Below, one piece after another: positions 10,169-20,631 of a DNA stretch of 64,000 nucleotides. Where the stretch lies: positions 672,001 through 736,000 of the forward strand of contig CAWBAT010000004.1 in NCBI GenBank assembly GCA_963786955.1, given 5' to 3'. The stretch comes from an uncultured Acidimicrobiia bacterium. Lineage in GTDB: Bacteria > Acidobacteriota > Terriglobia > Versatilivoradales > Versatilivoraceae. Under the pieces are notes generated by a model. It was not told the DNA's origin. It searched no databases and saw nothing but the letters and a program-made list of their open reading frames with translations. Each line of letters begins with the position of its first letter. The stretch's first letter is position 1. The position numbers and the translations under genes were made by a program.

Positions 10169-10735
10169 CTAAGATCTCGACTTGTTCTTTTTCAACCTTG
10201 AACAAAAAAGGGCTCCGGTCATGATCACCAATATCACAAATCGCAGTGGGAGAAGCATTAACCTCATGCCCGCCCAGTACCCAGAGTAAAGGGGCTTTCG
10301 GATTCTCTGTGCCCATGACCGTGGAAGCAGCGCACCCTCACGAGCTCTGGCAGAAACGATGGCCTTGAGATAGCTCGGCTTCAAATACTCACAGTCTAGA
10401 TTTTCGTTGAATACTAAGAGACGTTTGCCTCCGCAGAGAAGTGCAAACGTCTTCGTTCTAGCCCGCTCAGCATCCTGGCACCAAAGAACCGCAATAACAT
10501 CGTAGCTCGCTTTGCGAATTCGCCTGCAAAGTTGCAGCGCCGCCCAATATTCCTGACGATGTGGGAAGACCAGAACTTTTTGAATTTGGGGTTGTCCCTC
10601 GTAATCCAATAAATCTGCCGAGCTGCACAGAAGGTCGATCTGGGGAGATCGGAACACGGAGTCATGCAGAATTCCTAATGCCCTCGTGACATTGGGAATT
10701 GTCGATGTGCAAACCAAAAGAACTCTTTCAGCCAT
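10169..10735 (-). CDS. Hypothetical glycan-locus protein resembling a GT9 N-terminal domain with a C-terminal TM segment
   Basis: Start MAERVLL overlaps the GT4 stop; QIDLL...IQKVLVF...RIRKASYDVIAVL pattern. Confidence 0.6.
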   Translation of the reverse strand: MAERVLLVCTSTIPNVTRALGILHDSVFRSPQIDLLCSSADLLDYEGQPQIQKVLVFPHRQEYWAALQLCRRIRKASYDVIAVLWCQDAERARTKTFALLCGGKRLLVFNENLDCEYLKPSYLKAIVSARAREGALLPRSWAQRIRKPLYSGYWAGMRLMLLPLRFVILVIMTGALFCSRLKKNKSRS

Positions 10736-11919
10736 TCCGGTTCTCCACGAGCTCGAGGAAGCGAGGACGGAGGACATTCCAATCGTACTTTTCCCGAATC
10801 ATTTTCCTGGCATTTGCCCCAAGTTCGGCTCTGAAGTTGGGATGAAGTAGAAGTCGAGTGATCTGGTCTGAGAATTCCTCAGCGGTTTCGGCGAGGAGCA
10901 GGTGTTCACCCTCTTTGACAGAAAATCCGGCTGCAGCGAGGCGCGTGGCAACTACCGCCTTCCCCATTGAGAAAGCCTCTAGCAGTTTAACCCTCATGCC
11001 ATTCCCCGAATGCAAGGGTGCAACGAAAATGTCGGCCTGATCATACGCCGCGCGGATATCCGGAAGGTAACCCAGGAGATGAGTTCCGCCACCCGCTTCC
11101 AGCAAAGTTCGATCCAATAAACCTGCGTTGGCCCCTGCGATGCAGAATTCGACGTTGGCAACATGGGATTGCAGCCGCGGCAGAATCTTTTGAACAAAAA
11201 GTAAGACGGCTTCCCGATTGGGTGGATGTCGATAGTTGCCAACAAATAGCAACCGGGGGATCAGTCTCGTTTCTGGTTGGGGGACTCGAGGCCGGAAATA
11301 GTCGCTATCCACTCCAATGGGAATCCATCTCAGTTTAGCGGATGGGATGAACGAACTGAGAAGGCTACGATCCTGTTCCGTCATGCACACAATCCGGTCA
11401 AACTGTCGGCACATTCGTATTTCATAGTTAAACTGGGATAACCATTCATAGAATTTGCCCATTTTTGCGCTGTAACTCGGCCCTGTTCGAACGTCGTCCC
11501 AAGAATTGGCAAAGTGCACTTCATGCTCCGTAAGAATTCTGAGTAACGGAACATCAGGGGGCACGTGCTGTCCCATTTGTATAAACTCAACTTGCACAAC
11601 GTCGTAATGGTTCTTGGCCAAAGCGTCTCGAACCAAAGTCTTCAAGTCGGTTGAGGCATATTCCCAATGCTCTCTGGGTTTGGACAACAGGAGATCTTGT
11701 GCCCGGGACTGGGCGCCGTAGCACGGTCTTCACTTGGACACCAAGAGCCTCTATTTCATGAATATTCTCCAGTTCTTGCTCCTGTTCAATAAATGAAATT
11801 AAGGTAACAAAATGTTTCTCAGCCAGAATCTTCAGATTGTGAAACATCCTGGCTCCTCCACCATGAAGTCCAAGTACCGGCAGATGAGCGGAGAGAAAGA
11901 GTATCTTGAGAGGAGGCAT
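10728..11919 (-). CDS. GT4 family glycosyltransferase, split by an apparent frameshift near 11702-11706
   Basis: N-part LKILFLSAHLP...GGGARMF (ORF 11587-11940) joins C-part with FVGNYRHPPN and GMRVKLLEAFSMGKAVV if one G is removed. Confidence 0.85.
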
Positions 11920-12117
11920 CAGCAGGATCACCCAATACAATTGAAAGTCAGCATCTCGAGGTTCAGTCAGCGATAAATTCTACAAATTCATTAACGAATC
12001 CCATGTTTCCGATCCGACCCTGAAGGCTAGGATGGAAGCCTTTTTTCAAGAGAAAACCTGTCAGGGTCTCTTCAAGCTTGATCATGGAAACGTGTTCTTT
12101 AAAATGAAAAGGTACTC

Positions 12118-13689
12118 CTATACCAGGCGCATTGCGGCTATGATCACACCCAATTCCCGCTGGTCGTCAGATTTTTCGATTTGAGCAGGGCAAAAGCTGT
12201 GCGCCAAAAGTAGCTTGAAGGCCTGGCAGCCGGGTTTACTCACATGAATGGGAATTGACAGCGCCAATTCTTCAGAATTGCTCCATCGGGCTTCATAAAT
12301 CTTCCTGTCGTTATGGTAAACAGACATCCTCTGGCACCGACTGAGGTAGTTGTTAATTTCTGGTATGGTCCCCCGAATTTCCAAAATTCTTTCGCTCCCC
12401 AGCGAAAACAAAAAGAACCTGCATTCGCGGGCAGTCCACCGGAAACTCTTTTCGCCGTCGTTTTCTAAGTTGTGCCATCCTTCTCCCAATTGGTCTAGAA
12501 AGTCAGACTGGGAAAAATCAATGGAACTGTGCCCCTGCTCAGGAAGATCCTTCGCAGTCTCCTGGAAAATATCGGGATCATCCATAACATAAATCTTTCT
12601 CATGCGTTGGCGCTTCAAGATCGCTTCGGGCAACTGGATCAACGCTCTGAAGAAAGCCTTAAATTCAAATGAGACCGTTGTCTGGGCAAGTAGCCGAGCT
12701 TGGGTCAAGGGAAGAAAAAGGGCATGTTGGATGGTCCACGGGAGTGATGTAATGTTCTTCCACACGAACAAGTATTGGTTTTTTCGGATCGTGTTATCGA
12801 CGTAATTGTCACCAAATTTGAGTTTGTTCGTCCCGCGATGACGGTGGATAACGATGCTGTCAACAGCGAGCAGGCTTTTCCATCCCCTCTTCCAAGCCTG
12901 ATAGGAGAGGTCCGTGTCCTCCAGGTAGAAAGGGTCATATAGAGTGTCTAACCCTCCGATTTCCTGAACCTTTCTCTTGTCAAAAGCACAAGACCCGCCC
13001 CCACCCCAAAAAATGGGTACAACCTTCTTGCGAATGTCTGAAGTCAGAATCTGGTCGTGGTAAGGTTCGAGAAAACCCCATTTCCAGCGGGCCCGTGTTT
13101 TGCCGGTTTCTTCACGCCGCTTTTCTCTGTCCTGAAAGAAGACTTGGCAGGAGACCGAAAAAACACCCTCCTGCGCAAACCCCTCAAGAAGTGGCTTGAT
13201 GAAATCCGGGTCCACCTGCATATCATTATTCAGGAAGATCACGATGTCATTTAGAGCCGCTTGGATACCGGCATTGTTTCCCCCTGTATAGCGCATGTTT
13301 CGTGGCAACGGAACGACCCGAATACCCGGGAACCGGGCCTTTAGAAAGGCGACACTGCCATCCGTGCTTCCATTGTCAACGACTAGGATTTCGTGGTCAC
13401 GGCCATCCTCTTTAACGGCGGCTACAACGGAAGGTAGAAATTCTTCCAGTAAATGTTTCCCTTCCCAATTCAAGACAACGATACTTGCCTTCTCGATATT
13501 CACCCCTGAAGGTGGGGCAAACGTTCGTTGGCTGAGAACGGGGCTGAGAAGAAAGTAAAAAAGGTCCGACAGGAAAAGAGAAAGGCCAACCAGAATGTCA
13601 AAAGGCAGAAGGAACAGTACCGTGACGAGGGAGGTCCAAAAACGGAGGCGAAACAATCTGGCAGACAAAATCATCGCACTGAAAGACAT
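12118..13689 (-). CDS. GT2 glycosyltransferase with N-terminal TM and C-terminal beta-rich domain
   Basis: VDNGSTDGS, FLNND, FYLEDTDL; C-terminal GWHNLE...RWT...RELGV domain. Confidence 0.88.
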   Translation of the reverse strand: MSFSAMILSARLFRLRFWTSLVTVLFLLPFDILVGLSLFLSDLFYFLLSPVLSQRTFAPPSGVNIEKASIVVLNWEGKHLLEEFLPSVVAAVKEDGRDHEILVVDNGSTDGSVAFLKARFPGIRVVPLPRNMRYTGGNNAGIQAALNDIVIFLNNDMQVDPDFIKPLLEGFAQEGVFSVSCQVFFQDREKRREETGKTRARWKWGFLEPYHDQILTSDIRKKVVPIFWGGGGSCAFDKRKVQEIGGLDTLYDPFYLEDTDLSYQAWKRGWKSLLAVDSIVIHRHRGTNKLKFGDNYVDNTIRKNQYLFVWKNITSLPWTIQHALFLPLTQARLLAQTTVSFEFKAFFRALIQLPEAILKRQRMRKIYVMDDPDIFQETAKDLPEQGHSSIDFSQSDFLDQLGEGWHNLENDGEKSFRWTARECRFFLFSLGSERILEIRGTIPEINNYLSRCQRMSVYHNDRKIYEARWSNSEELALSIPIHVSKPGCQAFKLLLAHSFCPAQIEKSDDQRELGVIIAAMRLV

Positions 13690-13731
13690 TCATGAAAGGA
13701 TTTGGGAGCCGGGAGATCCTACTCGGTGATT

Positions 13732-14409
13732 TCAGTTACTGAACCGGAATTTCACCAGGGTCCAGATGGCTGAAAACCCATCACGCCAGGTGATTTTCTT
13801 CCCTTGCTCAAAGCTTCTTCCAGCATAGGAAATGGGGACTTCAACGATCCGTAATCGTCGCTTCAAGAGCTTAGCCGTAATCTCCGGCTCGAAGTTAAAT
13901 CGATTGGAAACGATTCGAATGCTTTGGATCGTTTCTCTGGGAAAAAGCTTATAACAAGTCTCCATGTCTGTGATGGATGTCTGGAAGAGAATATTGGTCA
14001 TGAGAGTCAGGAATTGATTTCCAAAGTTATGGAGAGAGCTCATATTGTGACGTTTTCCGCTAAACCTTGAACCAAACACGACGTCCGCCTGTCCTTCCAA
14101 TAAAGGTTGAAGCAGCTTAGGATATTCCCCTGGATCATATTCCAGGTCGGCATCCTGGACGATGACAAAATCCCCGGTTGCATGCTGAAACCCTGTTCTT
14201 AGGGCAGCCCCTTTCCCCATGTTTCGTTCATGATAAAGCACTCTCACTCCCTCTTTCTCCAACTGTTGCAGTAGCCCGCGAGTGCCGTCAGTCGAATAAT
14301 CATCGACGAGGATAATCTCCTTCTCGAGGGAGACAGATTGCACTTTGTTGACAATTTCCAACAAGGTCGATCGTTCGTTATAGACAGGAATGATGACTGT
14401 CAGTTTCAC
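13732..14409 (-). CDS. GT2 polyprenol-phosphate glycosyltransferase (DPM-like)
   Basis: IPVYNE, QDADLEYDP, DMETCYK, FEPEIT, GKKITWRDG. Confidence 0.9.
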   Translation of the reverse strand: MKLTVIIPVYNERSTLLEIVNKVQSVSLEKEIILVDDYSTDGTRGLLQQLEKEGVRVLYHERNMGKGAALRTGFQHATGDFVIVQDADLEYDPGEYPKLLQPLLEGQADVVFGSRFSGKRHNMSSLHNFGNQFLTLMTNILFQTSITDMETCYKLFPRETIQSIRIVSNRFNFEPEITAKLLKRRLRIVEVPISYAGRSFEQGKKITWRDGFSAIWTLVKFRFSN

Positions 14410-14429
14410 CGGACTCTACCTACTTATTC

Positions 14430-15290
14430 TCAACTCTTTGACGGTCTCGTCGAAATATACTCCAGCAAAGCATCCTGCCAGGATTTTAAATCATCCATGC
14501 CCCATTTTTTGAGGTGCGCATTCTCCATTACGGAAAAGGCCGGTCGCCTGGCAGGCGATTTGAATTCAGCCGAAGTCGTCGGCGAAAGGTCTGCTTTGAT
14601 TCCAACAAATTCAAAGACGGCCGCCGCAAATTCATACCAGGAGCAGGCACCTTGAGACGTCACGTGATAAAGTCCATAATGCTTAGTCTGGATCAACTCC
14701 GCGACCTTTCGGGCTAATTCGCGGGTACTAGTTGGAGTCAGCACTTGATCGTGGACCACACGAATCGAGTCACGGGCTATAGCTTTTTGCAGCATCGTTT
14801 CAACAAAATTACCGCCCTTTCCGCTACTGCCTGCATGACCATACAGACCACAGGTCCGTATCACAAAGCTCTTTTCCCAAAGATAGCGGATGATTTTCTC
14901 TCCCGCGAGCTTCGAGACTCCATAAGCATTGACCGGGTTGGTTTCATCCTGCTCCAACAGGGGCCGACGAAGGTTCCCCTCAAAGACATAATCCGTGCTG
15001 AAATGGACGAGAGTGGCGTCAACGGCTCGGGCCGCTATGCATAGATTCTTAACGCCTAAGGCATTGACTTGGAAAGCGGCGAGGCTCTCCGTTTCACACA
15101 AATCGACTTTGTGAAAAGCAGCCGTATTGATGATAATTTCCGGGCGGAGGGCCTGGACTTGTTGAACCACCTGCTCGGGAATGGTCACATCGAGGATCGC
15201 ATGGGTCGTTCCAGAAACTTGATGCGCTAATAGGGATTTTCTGAGGTCAGACCCGAGCTGGCCATTCGCCCCGATCAGCAGGATCTTCAA
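14430..15290 (-). CDS. rfbD: dTDP-4-dehydrorhamnose reductase
   Basis: GANGQLG, STDYVFEG, YGVSKLAGE, RRPAFSV. Confidence 0.92.
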   Translation of the reverse strand: MKILLIGANGQLGSDLRKSLLAHQVSGTTHAILDVTIPEQVVQQVQALRPEIIINTAAFHKVDLCETESLAAFQVNALGVKNLCIAARAVDATLVHFSTDYVFEGNLRRPLLEQDETNPVNAYGVSKLAGEKIIRYLWEKSFVIRTCGLYGHAGSSGKGGNFVETMLQKAIARDSIRVVHDQVLTPTSTRELARKVAELIQTKHYGLYHVTSQGACSWYEFAAAVFEFVGIKADLSPTTSAEFKSPARRPAFSVMENAHLKKWGMDDLKSWQDALLEYISTRPSKS

Positions 15291-16390
15291 TGGTCGGCTC
15301 CCTGCATCCTTCGCATCGGGTTCCCCGCGGCGGGCTGGGACGAGGGGCCCGAAGTAACGTCAAAGACGGATCCGGTCACTTGGATAATTTTGTCGGCTTC
15401 CTCCAGGAGTTTCATCCAGGCAATGTTGTTGTAGCGAGGATTGTCAAAATCCGAATAGCGGTATCGCGAAATGCTTTCCACCATATCTTTCACAGCCTCT
15501 TCTACCGAAACCGCTGGCTTAAAATCTAGTGTTCTCTCCAGCTTTTTCCCGGAAACACGGTAGCTCCGGACCCCATGATAACGATAATCCGGCTTCAATT
15601 CTGTCTTGATCCCTACCTCTCTGAGAGCTTCAATGACCCGCAAGGCCAACTCCGAGATCCGGAAATTCCCATAGACCACATTGAAAATTTGGCCTTTCAC
15701 CTTACTTTCCTCTGCCTCCAAACATGTAATGTACGCACGGGCTGCATCCCGCACATCCACAAGAGGACGCCACATCTCTCCACCATAATGGGTGGTGAGA
15801 TATCCCTTCGAGAGGACATCTTTCAAGAACGTATTGACTACCAGATCGTAGCGCATCCTTGGAGAAAATCCGTAGATCGTCCCTTTGCGAAGAATGACCG
15901 GAGAAAAGTCCTCATCGTTCATGGACAACAAGATCCTCTCGGCTTGGTACTTTGAGCTCGAGTAGGCCGCTTTTGGATTCACCGGGACTTCTTCATCCAA
16001 GAGAATATCCTTTTCATCATTCCCGATGCCAACATCATAAATGGAACAAGAGGATGCAAATATGAATCGCCGGACGCCTCGTTTCTTGCAAATCTTGGCG
16101 AGGTGTTCCGTCGCTTGGGTATTCATCTCAAAATTGGCTTTGGGATTGTATTCGGCAGTAGGATCATTGGACAAACCACTCAAATTAATCACTGCATCCA
16201 CTTCGTCCAACACCGAACTATCCATGGTTCGGATATCTCCGGCCACAAGCTTTATTCTTTCCAATACTTCACGGATACCCTGGTCGCCGTAATACAGACG
16301 GTCAAATACCTTGACCGCATAGCCGCGCTCCAACAATTCTCGAACTAAAACGGAACCTACATAACCTGCGCCTCCAACCACTAAGATCAT
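15287..16390 (-). CDS. NAD-dependent epimerase/dehydratase (extended SDR)
   Basis: GGAGYVG, LSNDP, SSCSIY, YSSSK, SPRMRYDLVVN. Confidence 0.9.
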   Translation of the reverse strand: MILVVGGAGYVGSVLVRELLERGYAVKVFDRLYYGDQGIREVLERIKLVAGDIRTMDSSVLDEVDAVINLSGLSNDPTAEYNPKANFEMNTQATEHLAKICKKRGVRRFIFASSCSIYDVGIGNDEKDILLDEEVPVNPKAAYSSSKYQAERILLSMNDEDFSPVILRKGTIYGFSPRMRYDLVVNTFLKDVLSKGYLTTHYGGEMWRPLVDVRDAARAYITCLEAEESKVKGQIFNVVYGNFRISELALRVIEALREVGIKTELKPDYRYHGVRSYRVSGKKLERTLDFKPAVSVEEAVKDMVESISRYRYSDFDNPRYNNIAWMKLLEEADKIIQVTGSVFDVTSGPSSQPAAGNPMRRMQGADH

Positions 16391-16585
16391 CTTAATCCTC
16401 CGCAGAAGATTTAGTCAGTTGCGCTCGTGCCAACTGTGAGCCCCCAACTCAATGACTCTCTTGGGGGGACTCATTTCTATATAACAAAGTTAAAATCAGT
16501 TTGAAACGCCCAAAAAACGAATGATTGCACAGTTTACGTGAAGAATCGACTCGAGATCCAAATTTGTCGACTTTAACCTATCGTT

Positions 16586-17647
16586 TCAGATCTTGGGCAC
16601 GAGTCCTAGAACCTTACTAAAACGGTAGAGTTTTGACTGCTTGAGCCTTTCCAGCTTGGCCTGACAAAGGCCTAATTCATTGTTTAGGCGAAGCGCCCAC
16701 TCAGTTCTTTCATCATATTCCCTCTGGAGCTGGGTGATCTGTTCGTCCCTTTGCCTTAGGTCATCCGATAGGCGATTGGCCCAGTCCGTCCTCTCCAAAA
16801 ACTCCTGATGGCACTTAGTCAGTTGGGCAGTGCTCTCTTCAACTTGTTGGTCATATTCTTTTTGTAGCGTTAATATTCTTCTATCGAGTTCTTTAATCCG
16901 GGATTCCAGTTCACCAATCCACTCCTCTTTTTCCCTCAGGAGATTGGCTGTAGAAGGTAAAAAGAGCAAATTCTGATATGGGGGGATGCGCCCTGCTTTC
17001 TTGGCACATACCGCCAGGAAAAAGTTCGAAGTGGTCTTCCATTTGGGATCAAGTCTCTCAATGTGAGTGTTTAGCGCTCTGGAAGGTTCAGGGTCCCCCA
17101 AGAAGATAGAGGAGACTTGATTCTGAAAACAGATTTCAACCTCCTCAAAACATCGCTTCAAGTAGGACGAGAATTCTTCATGGTCGAACTCATGCATGTG
17201 GTAAGGGTTAATTTCCTGCCGTTCTTCCGTGTAATAGAGCCGATTGGGCGTGGAAATCACCAAAAGTCCATCCTGCTTCAAAACTCGGGATATTTCATCG
17301 AGCAGACGTTCTTGCTCAGAAAGATGTTCCACAACTTCGAAACAGACCACCAGATCTAGACTTTCCGATCTTACAGGTAGTTGAGTGCAGTTTGCCACGA
17401 GGAAGTCTATTCCCGGTTGCGCATAGTTTTCACGCGCATAAGCAATCGTTTCCCTGGAGATGTCAACTGCAAAGACACTCATGGCGGACTCCGCTAGAAT
17501 AGCCGAGCCATAGCCAGTCCCGCACCCGAGGTCTAACACTTGTCGTGAGGACGCGAAACCACGGGCGAACAAGTATCTGGAAAGGTGCTCGTTCAATAAG
17601 TCGGGCTCGACCTTGCCAGGGACAACGCGCTCGCCGGTAAACTCCAT
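16586..17647 (-). CDS. SAM methyltransferase with C-terminal coiled coil (glycan chain-terminator-like)
   Basis: FTGERVVP, LDLGCGTGYG, FEVVEH; heptad tail with a duplicated ERT(D/E)WAxRL repeat. Confidence 0.85.
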   Translation of the reverse strand: MEFTGERVVPGKVEPDLLNEHLSRYLFARGFASSRQVLDLGCGTGYGSAILAESAMSVFAVDISRETIAYARENYAQPGIDFLVANCTQLPVRSESLDLVVCFEVVEHLSEQERLLDEISRVLKQDGLLVISTPNRLYYTEERQEINPYHMHEFDHEEFSSYLKRCFEEVEICFQNQVSSIFLGDPEPSRALNTHIERLDPKWKTTSNFFLAVCAKKAGRIPPYQNLLFLPSTANLLREKEEWIGELESRIKELDRRILTLQKEYDQQVEESTAQLTKCHQEFLERTDWANRLSDDLRQRDEQITQLQREYDERTEWALRLNNELGLCQAKLERLKQSKLYRFSKVLGLVPKI

Positions 17648-17669
17648 AGAAACCTCGTACTTTTACCTT

Positions 17670-18965
17670 TTACACCAACAAATGATTTGAAGAGACGTGG
17701 ACTAACTCGATCTGACAATCAAATCTCATATAACCATATACCGGCAGGCGCTGCTTTACCGACAGCAAGATTGCGTTGTCGATCCAATCGCAAATGACAT
17801 TGTCCAGGTGGGTCCCATTCGCCACAGCGAGTGAAAAGTAATAGTTTCCAGGATGCAAATAGGGCACTTGAACACGGAAATCCACCGTATAGATCTGGAA
17901 CCCGTCTGCCGGGGGTAAGACAATGCCTTCGGCAGAGGTATTAATTCCAGCGATATCTTCCCCCAGGCGATTCCTCATGAGGAATCCCACAATCGGGTGA
18001 GGGAGTGAGCGATTAAATTTAATCGAGACCCTGACGGTCAATGAATCTCCATGAGTGAGGCTATCGCACGGGCACCCTTGGCCGTCCAATAACTGAACTC
18101 CGAGGATTTCCGCCTGTCCATTTCCCCAGCGGCGGTCAATATTCGGGAGGGACTGCACAATGAGATCGGAAGGGCCGATAGAATCCGGTCGTGGAGGCAA
18201 CGAGGCTCGTTCCCCCTGCAAAGTCGCAAAGGGATCTTTTCGCTGTGTGATCTCTGCCAGGTAATGGCCAACAACTTCGTCCGGGTTGCCGACTTCTTTC
18301 ACCCTGCCGTGATCCAGCCATACGGCTGATTCGCAAAGATTCTTGACTGCAGTCATATCATGAGAAACAAACAAAATGGTCTTCCCCTCTTCCTTCATCT
18401 GGCGAAGCTTGCGGATGCAGCGCTGCTGAAAGTAAACATCCCCCACGGACAACGACTCGTCGACGAGGAGTATTTCCGGATCAACATGAATCGAAACTGC
18501 AAAAGCCAAGCGGACGTACATGCCACTTGAGTATGTTTTGACCGGTTTATTGATAAATTCTCCAATCTCCGCAAATCGCTCAATATCAGGAAACTTTTCT
18601 TCAATTTCAGAGGTGGAAAGACCCATAATCGCCGCATTGAGAAAGACATTTTCCCGCCCAGAAAATTCCGGATTAAATCCCGCCCCCAATTCCAACAGTG
18701 CAGCGACTCTTCCGCCGAGAGACACTTGCCCCGAGGTAGGCTGCAGTGTCCCGGCAATGATTTGAAGCAAAGTGCTCTTGCCAGAGCCATTCTCCCCAAT
18801 AACCCCAAACGTCGTCCCTCTTCTGACAGTGAAGGTAACATCCGAGAGAGCCCAAAAATCCGTGTGATATTTTTTTCGCCTTTGGAAAAGTTCCTTTAGC
18901 CTGTCGACAGGTTTTGAATAGATCCTGTAGTTTTTGAAGACTCTTTCAACGTTGACGGCGTCCAT
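17670..18965 (-). CDS. wzt: Polysaccharide ABC exporter ATP-binding subunit with Wzt C-terminal domain
   Basis: Walker A GENGSGKST, YSSGMYVRLAF, VGDVYFQ; start MDAVNVERV is coupled (TGATG) to the wzm stop. Confidence 0.92.
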   Translation of the reverse strand: MDAVNVERVFKNYRIYSKPVDRLKELFQRRKKYHTDFWALSDVTFTVRRGTTFGVIGENGSGKSTLLQIIAGTLQPTSGQVSLGGRVAALLELGAGFNPEFSGRENVFLNAAIMGLSTSEIEEKFPDIERFAEIGEFINKPVKTYSSGMYVRLAFAVSIHVDPEILLVDESLSVGDVYFQQRCIRKLRQMKEEGKTILFVSHDMTAVKNLCESAVWLDHGRVKEVGNPDEVVGHYLAEITQRKDPFATLQGERASLPPRPDSIGPSDLIVQSLPNIDRRWGNGQAEILGVQLLDGQGCPCDSLTHGDSLTVRVSIKFNRSLPHPIVGFLMRNRLGEDIAGINTSAEGIVLPPADGFQIYTVDFRVQVPYLHPGNYYFSLAVANGTHLDNVICDWIDNAILLSVKQRLPVYGYMRFDCQIELVHVSSNHLLV

Positions 18966-19786
18966 CACAACACGTCCGCAAAACTGCGTTTGGAGTATTT
19001 GAAGAATAGCCCACCCCCAATAAAAACAGCGATGGCCACTGCATAAAGCAGCAGTAATGACGCCAGGTGGGGAAGTTCGTGGTTGAGCAGGCAATTGCGA
19101 TATGCGGTCACCACAGCAGCGAGAGGGTTGAGTTGCATGACAATTCTCAAATTTTGCGGGAGTCTCTGCTCGTCGAAAAAAATAGGCGTAAACCAGAACC
19201 AAAAAGTCAGGACAACCGTCAGGATTTGGGCCGTGTCCCTTAAAAATACCTGCACACTCGCGAGAAACCAGCTCAGTCCCAAAGCGAACAACGAGAGCGC
19301 AAAAAGATAGACGGGAATGAGGATGATCATCCAACTGAACGATTGCAGATAAAAGAAGCAAACGATCTGGAATATCCCCAGTCCGATGAAATGGTTGACG
19401 AGATTCGCAATCAGTACCGAGACGGGCAGGATTTCGGACGGAAAGAGAGTCTTGGTAATGAGATTGGAGTGGTCAACAAGAATATTGCTTGAACGCGTCA
19501 ACGTTTCCTGGAAGACCAGCCAGGGGAGTATTCCGCAGAACAGGTAAATGGCAAAGCTCGAAGTTCCCGCCTCTGGACCCAGTCTTTGTTTCATGATAAT
19601 GGAAAACACAAAAGTGTAGCTGGCAAGCAATACGAGAGGATGGATCACTGACCAAAATAGACCCATCGCGGACCCGACATACCGGCTCCTCAGGTCGCGA
19701 ATAACCAAATTCTTGATTAACCCGCGATGCCGGATCAATTTTCCAATGAAGTTAAAACCGGTTTGTAGGTATGTCACCGAGGACAT
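18965..19786 (-). CDS. wzm: Polysaccharide ABC exporter permease
   Basis: RDLRSRYVGSAMGLFWS, FLRDT, TPIF, LNPL; multiple TM helices. Confidence 0.92.
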   Translation of the reverse strand: MSSVTYLQTGFNFIGKLIRHRGLIKNLVIRDLRSRYVGSAMGLFWSVIHPLVLLASYTFVFSIIMKQRLGPEAGTSSFAIYLFCGILPWLVFQETLTRSSNILVDHSNLITKTLFPSEILPVSVLIANLVNHFIGLGIFQIVCFFYLQSFSWMIILIPVYLFALSLFALGLSWFLASVQVFLRDTAQILTVVLTFWFWFTPIFFDEQRLPQNLRIVMQLNPLAAVVTAYRNCLLNHELPHLASLLLLYAVAIAVFIGGGLFFKYSKRSFADVL

Positions 19787-20163
19787 GAAATGCTTTGGAT
19801 GGCTATGTCTCTTAGTTCTTGGGAATATAGGGGAGCCACGAAATTATTAGGCGACAGACCACGAGCATGAAATCCATCAGGACCCCGGCCGCTACAGAAC
19901 CGACCCAATCATGTGTCGTGCCTGGCCTAAAGAGGTGTTTCCGTACGGGCTGTTGCAAGCCCTATCCCGCATCATTCAACAAAGTATCAGGAGTTGCGGA
20001 AACTAATCAAAGCGTACGAGTGCCGGGGGAAAAGGGTCCTCTGCAGCCATGCGACCCCATAATTCCTCCCGGTATCAATTTTACAATGTTGCTTGAACGC
20101 TAGTATTACTGGCTGGAGTGTCTCCATTGGGAACTGCGATCCGCCAGCACGGTTCGGCAAGAA

Positions 20164-20496
20164 CTAAGCAACATCTTTTTCCCCGGTGCGAATGTTGTAT
20201 CCTTGCTCAACCGGAAGGACAAAAATCCGACCATCTCCAATCTCACCTGTTCGAGCGGTTTCAATAACCACCTTGACAACTTCGTCGACGAGATCATCGG
20301 TGAGCACCATTTCGATCATCATCTTCGGCAGGAGAGTTACGCTATATTCCCGACCGCGATAAATGGCTTTGTGCCCCTTTTGTCTTCCGTGCCCGCGGAC
20401 TTCCGTCACGGTCATCCCGGATACGTTGAGTTTGCCGAGGGCTTCCCGTACTTCCTCTAATTTGTTTGGCCGGATAATGCACTTCACGAGTTTCAT
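20164..20496 (-). CDS. glnB: Nitrogen regulatory protein P-II (GlnB/GlnK family)
   Basis: GHGRQKG, T-loop YRGREY, TGEIGDGRIFV. Confidence 0.9.
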   Translation of the reverse strand: MKLVKCIIRPNKLEEVREALGKLNVSGMTVTEVRGHGRQKGHKAIYRGREYSVTLLPKMMIEMVLTDDLVDEVVKVVIETARTGEIGDGRIFVLPVEQGYNIRTGEKDVA

Positions 20497-20631
20497 GGAG
20501 TTCCCCTTTTCGTGAGAGTATCGAGTCTCTTTGCAATGAATGGAGTTATTGAGTCACCTTCTGAGCAATTTCCCTGGGGTTCGGCTGAAAATCGTGCCAC
20601 AGGATCACCTTCCGAAGCAATCCACGACTTC

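Noticed and set aside
18966-19361. N-terminal 132 aa of the 563 aa ORF in the track
   Set aside because: It overlaps wzm in another frame; the real wzt start is the coupled ATG at 18965.
19800-20160. tRNA/ncRNA or sigma54 promoter in the wzm-glnB spacer
   Set aside because: No cloverleaf or known RNA motif; a GG-N10-GC on the minus strand lacks the TGGCAC context.
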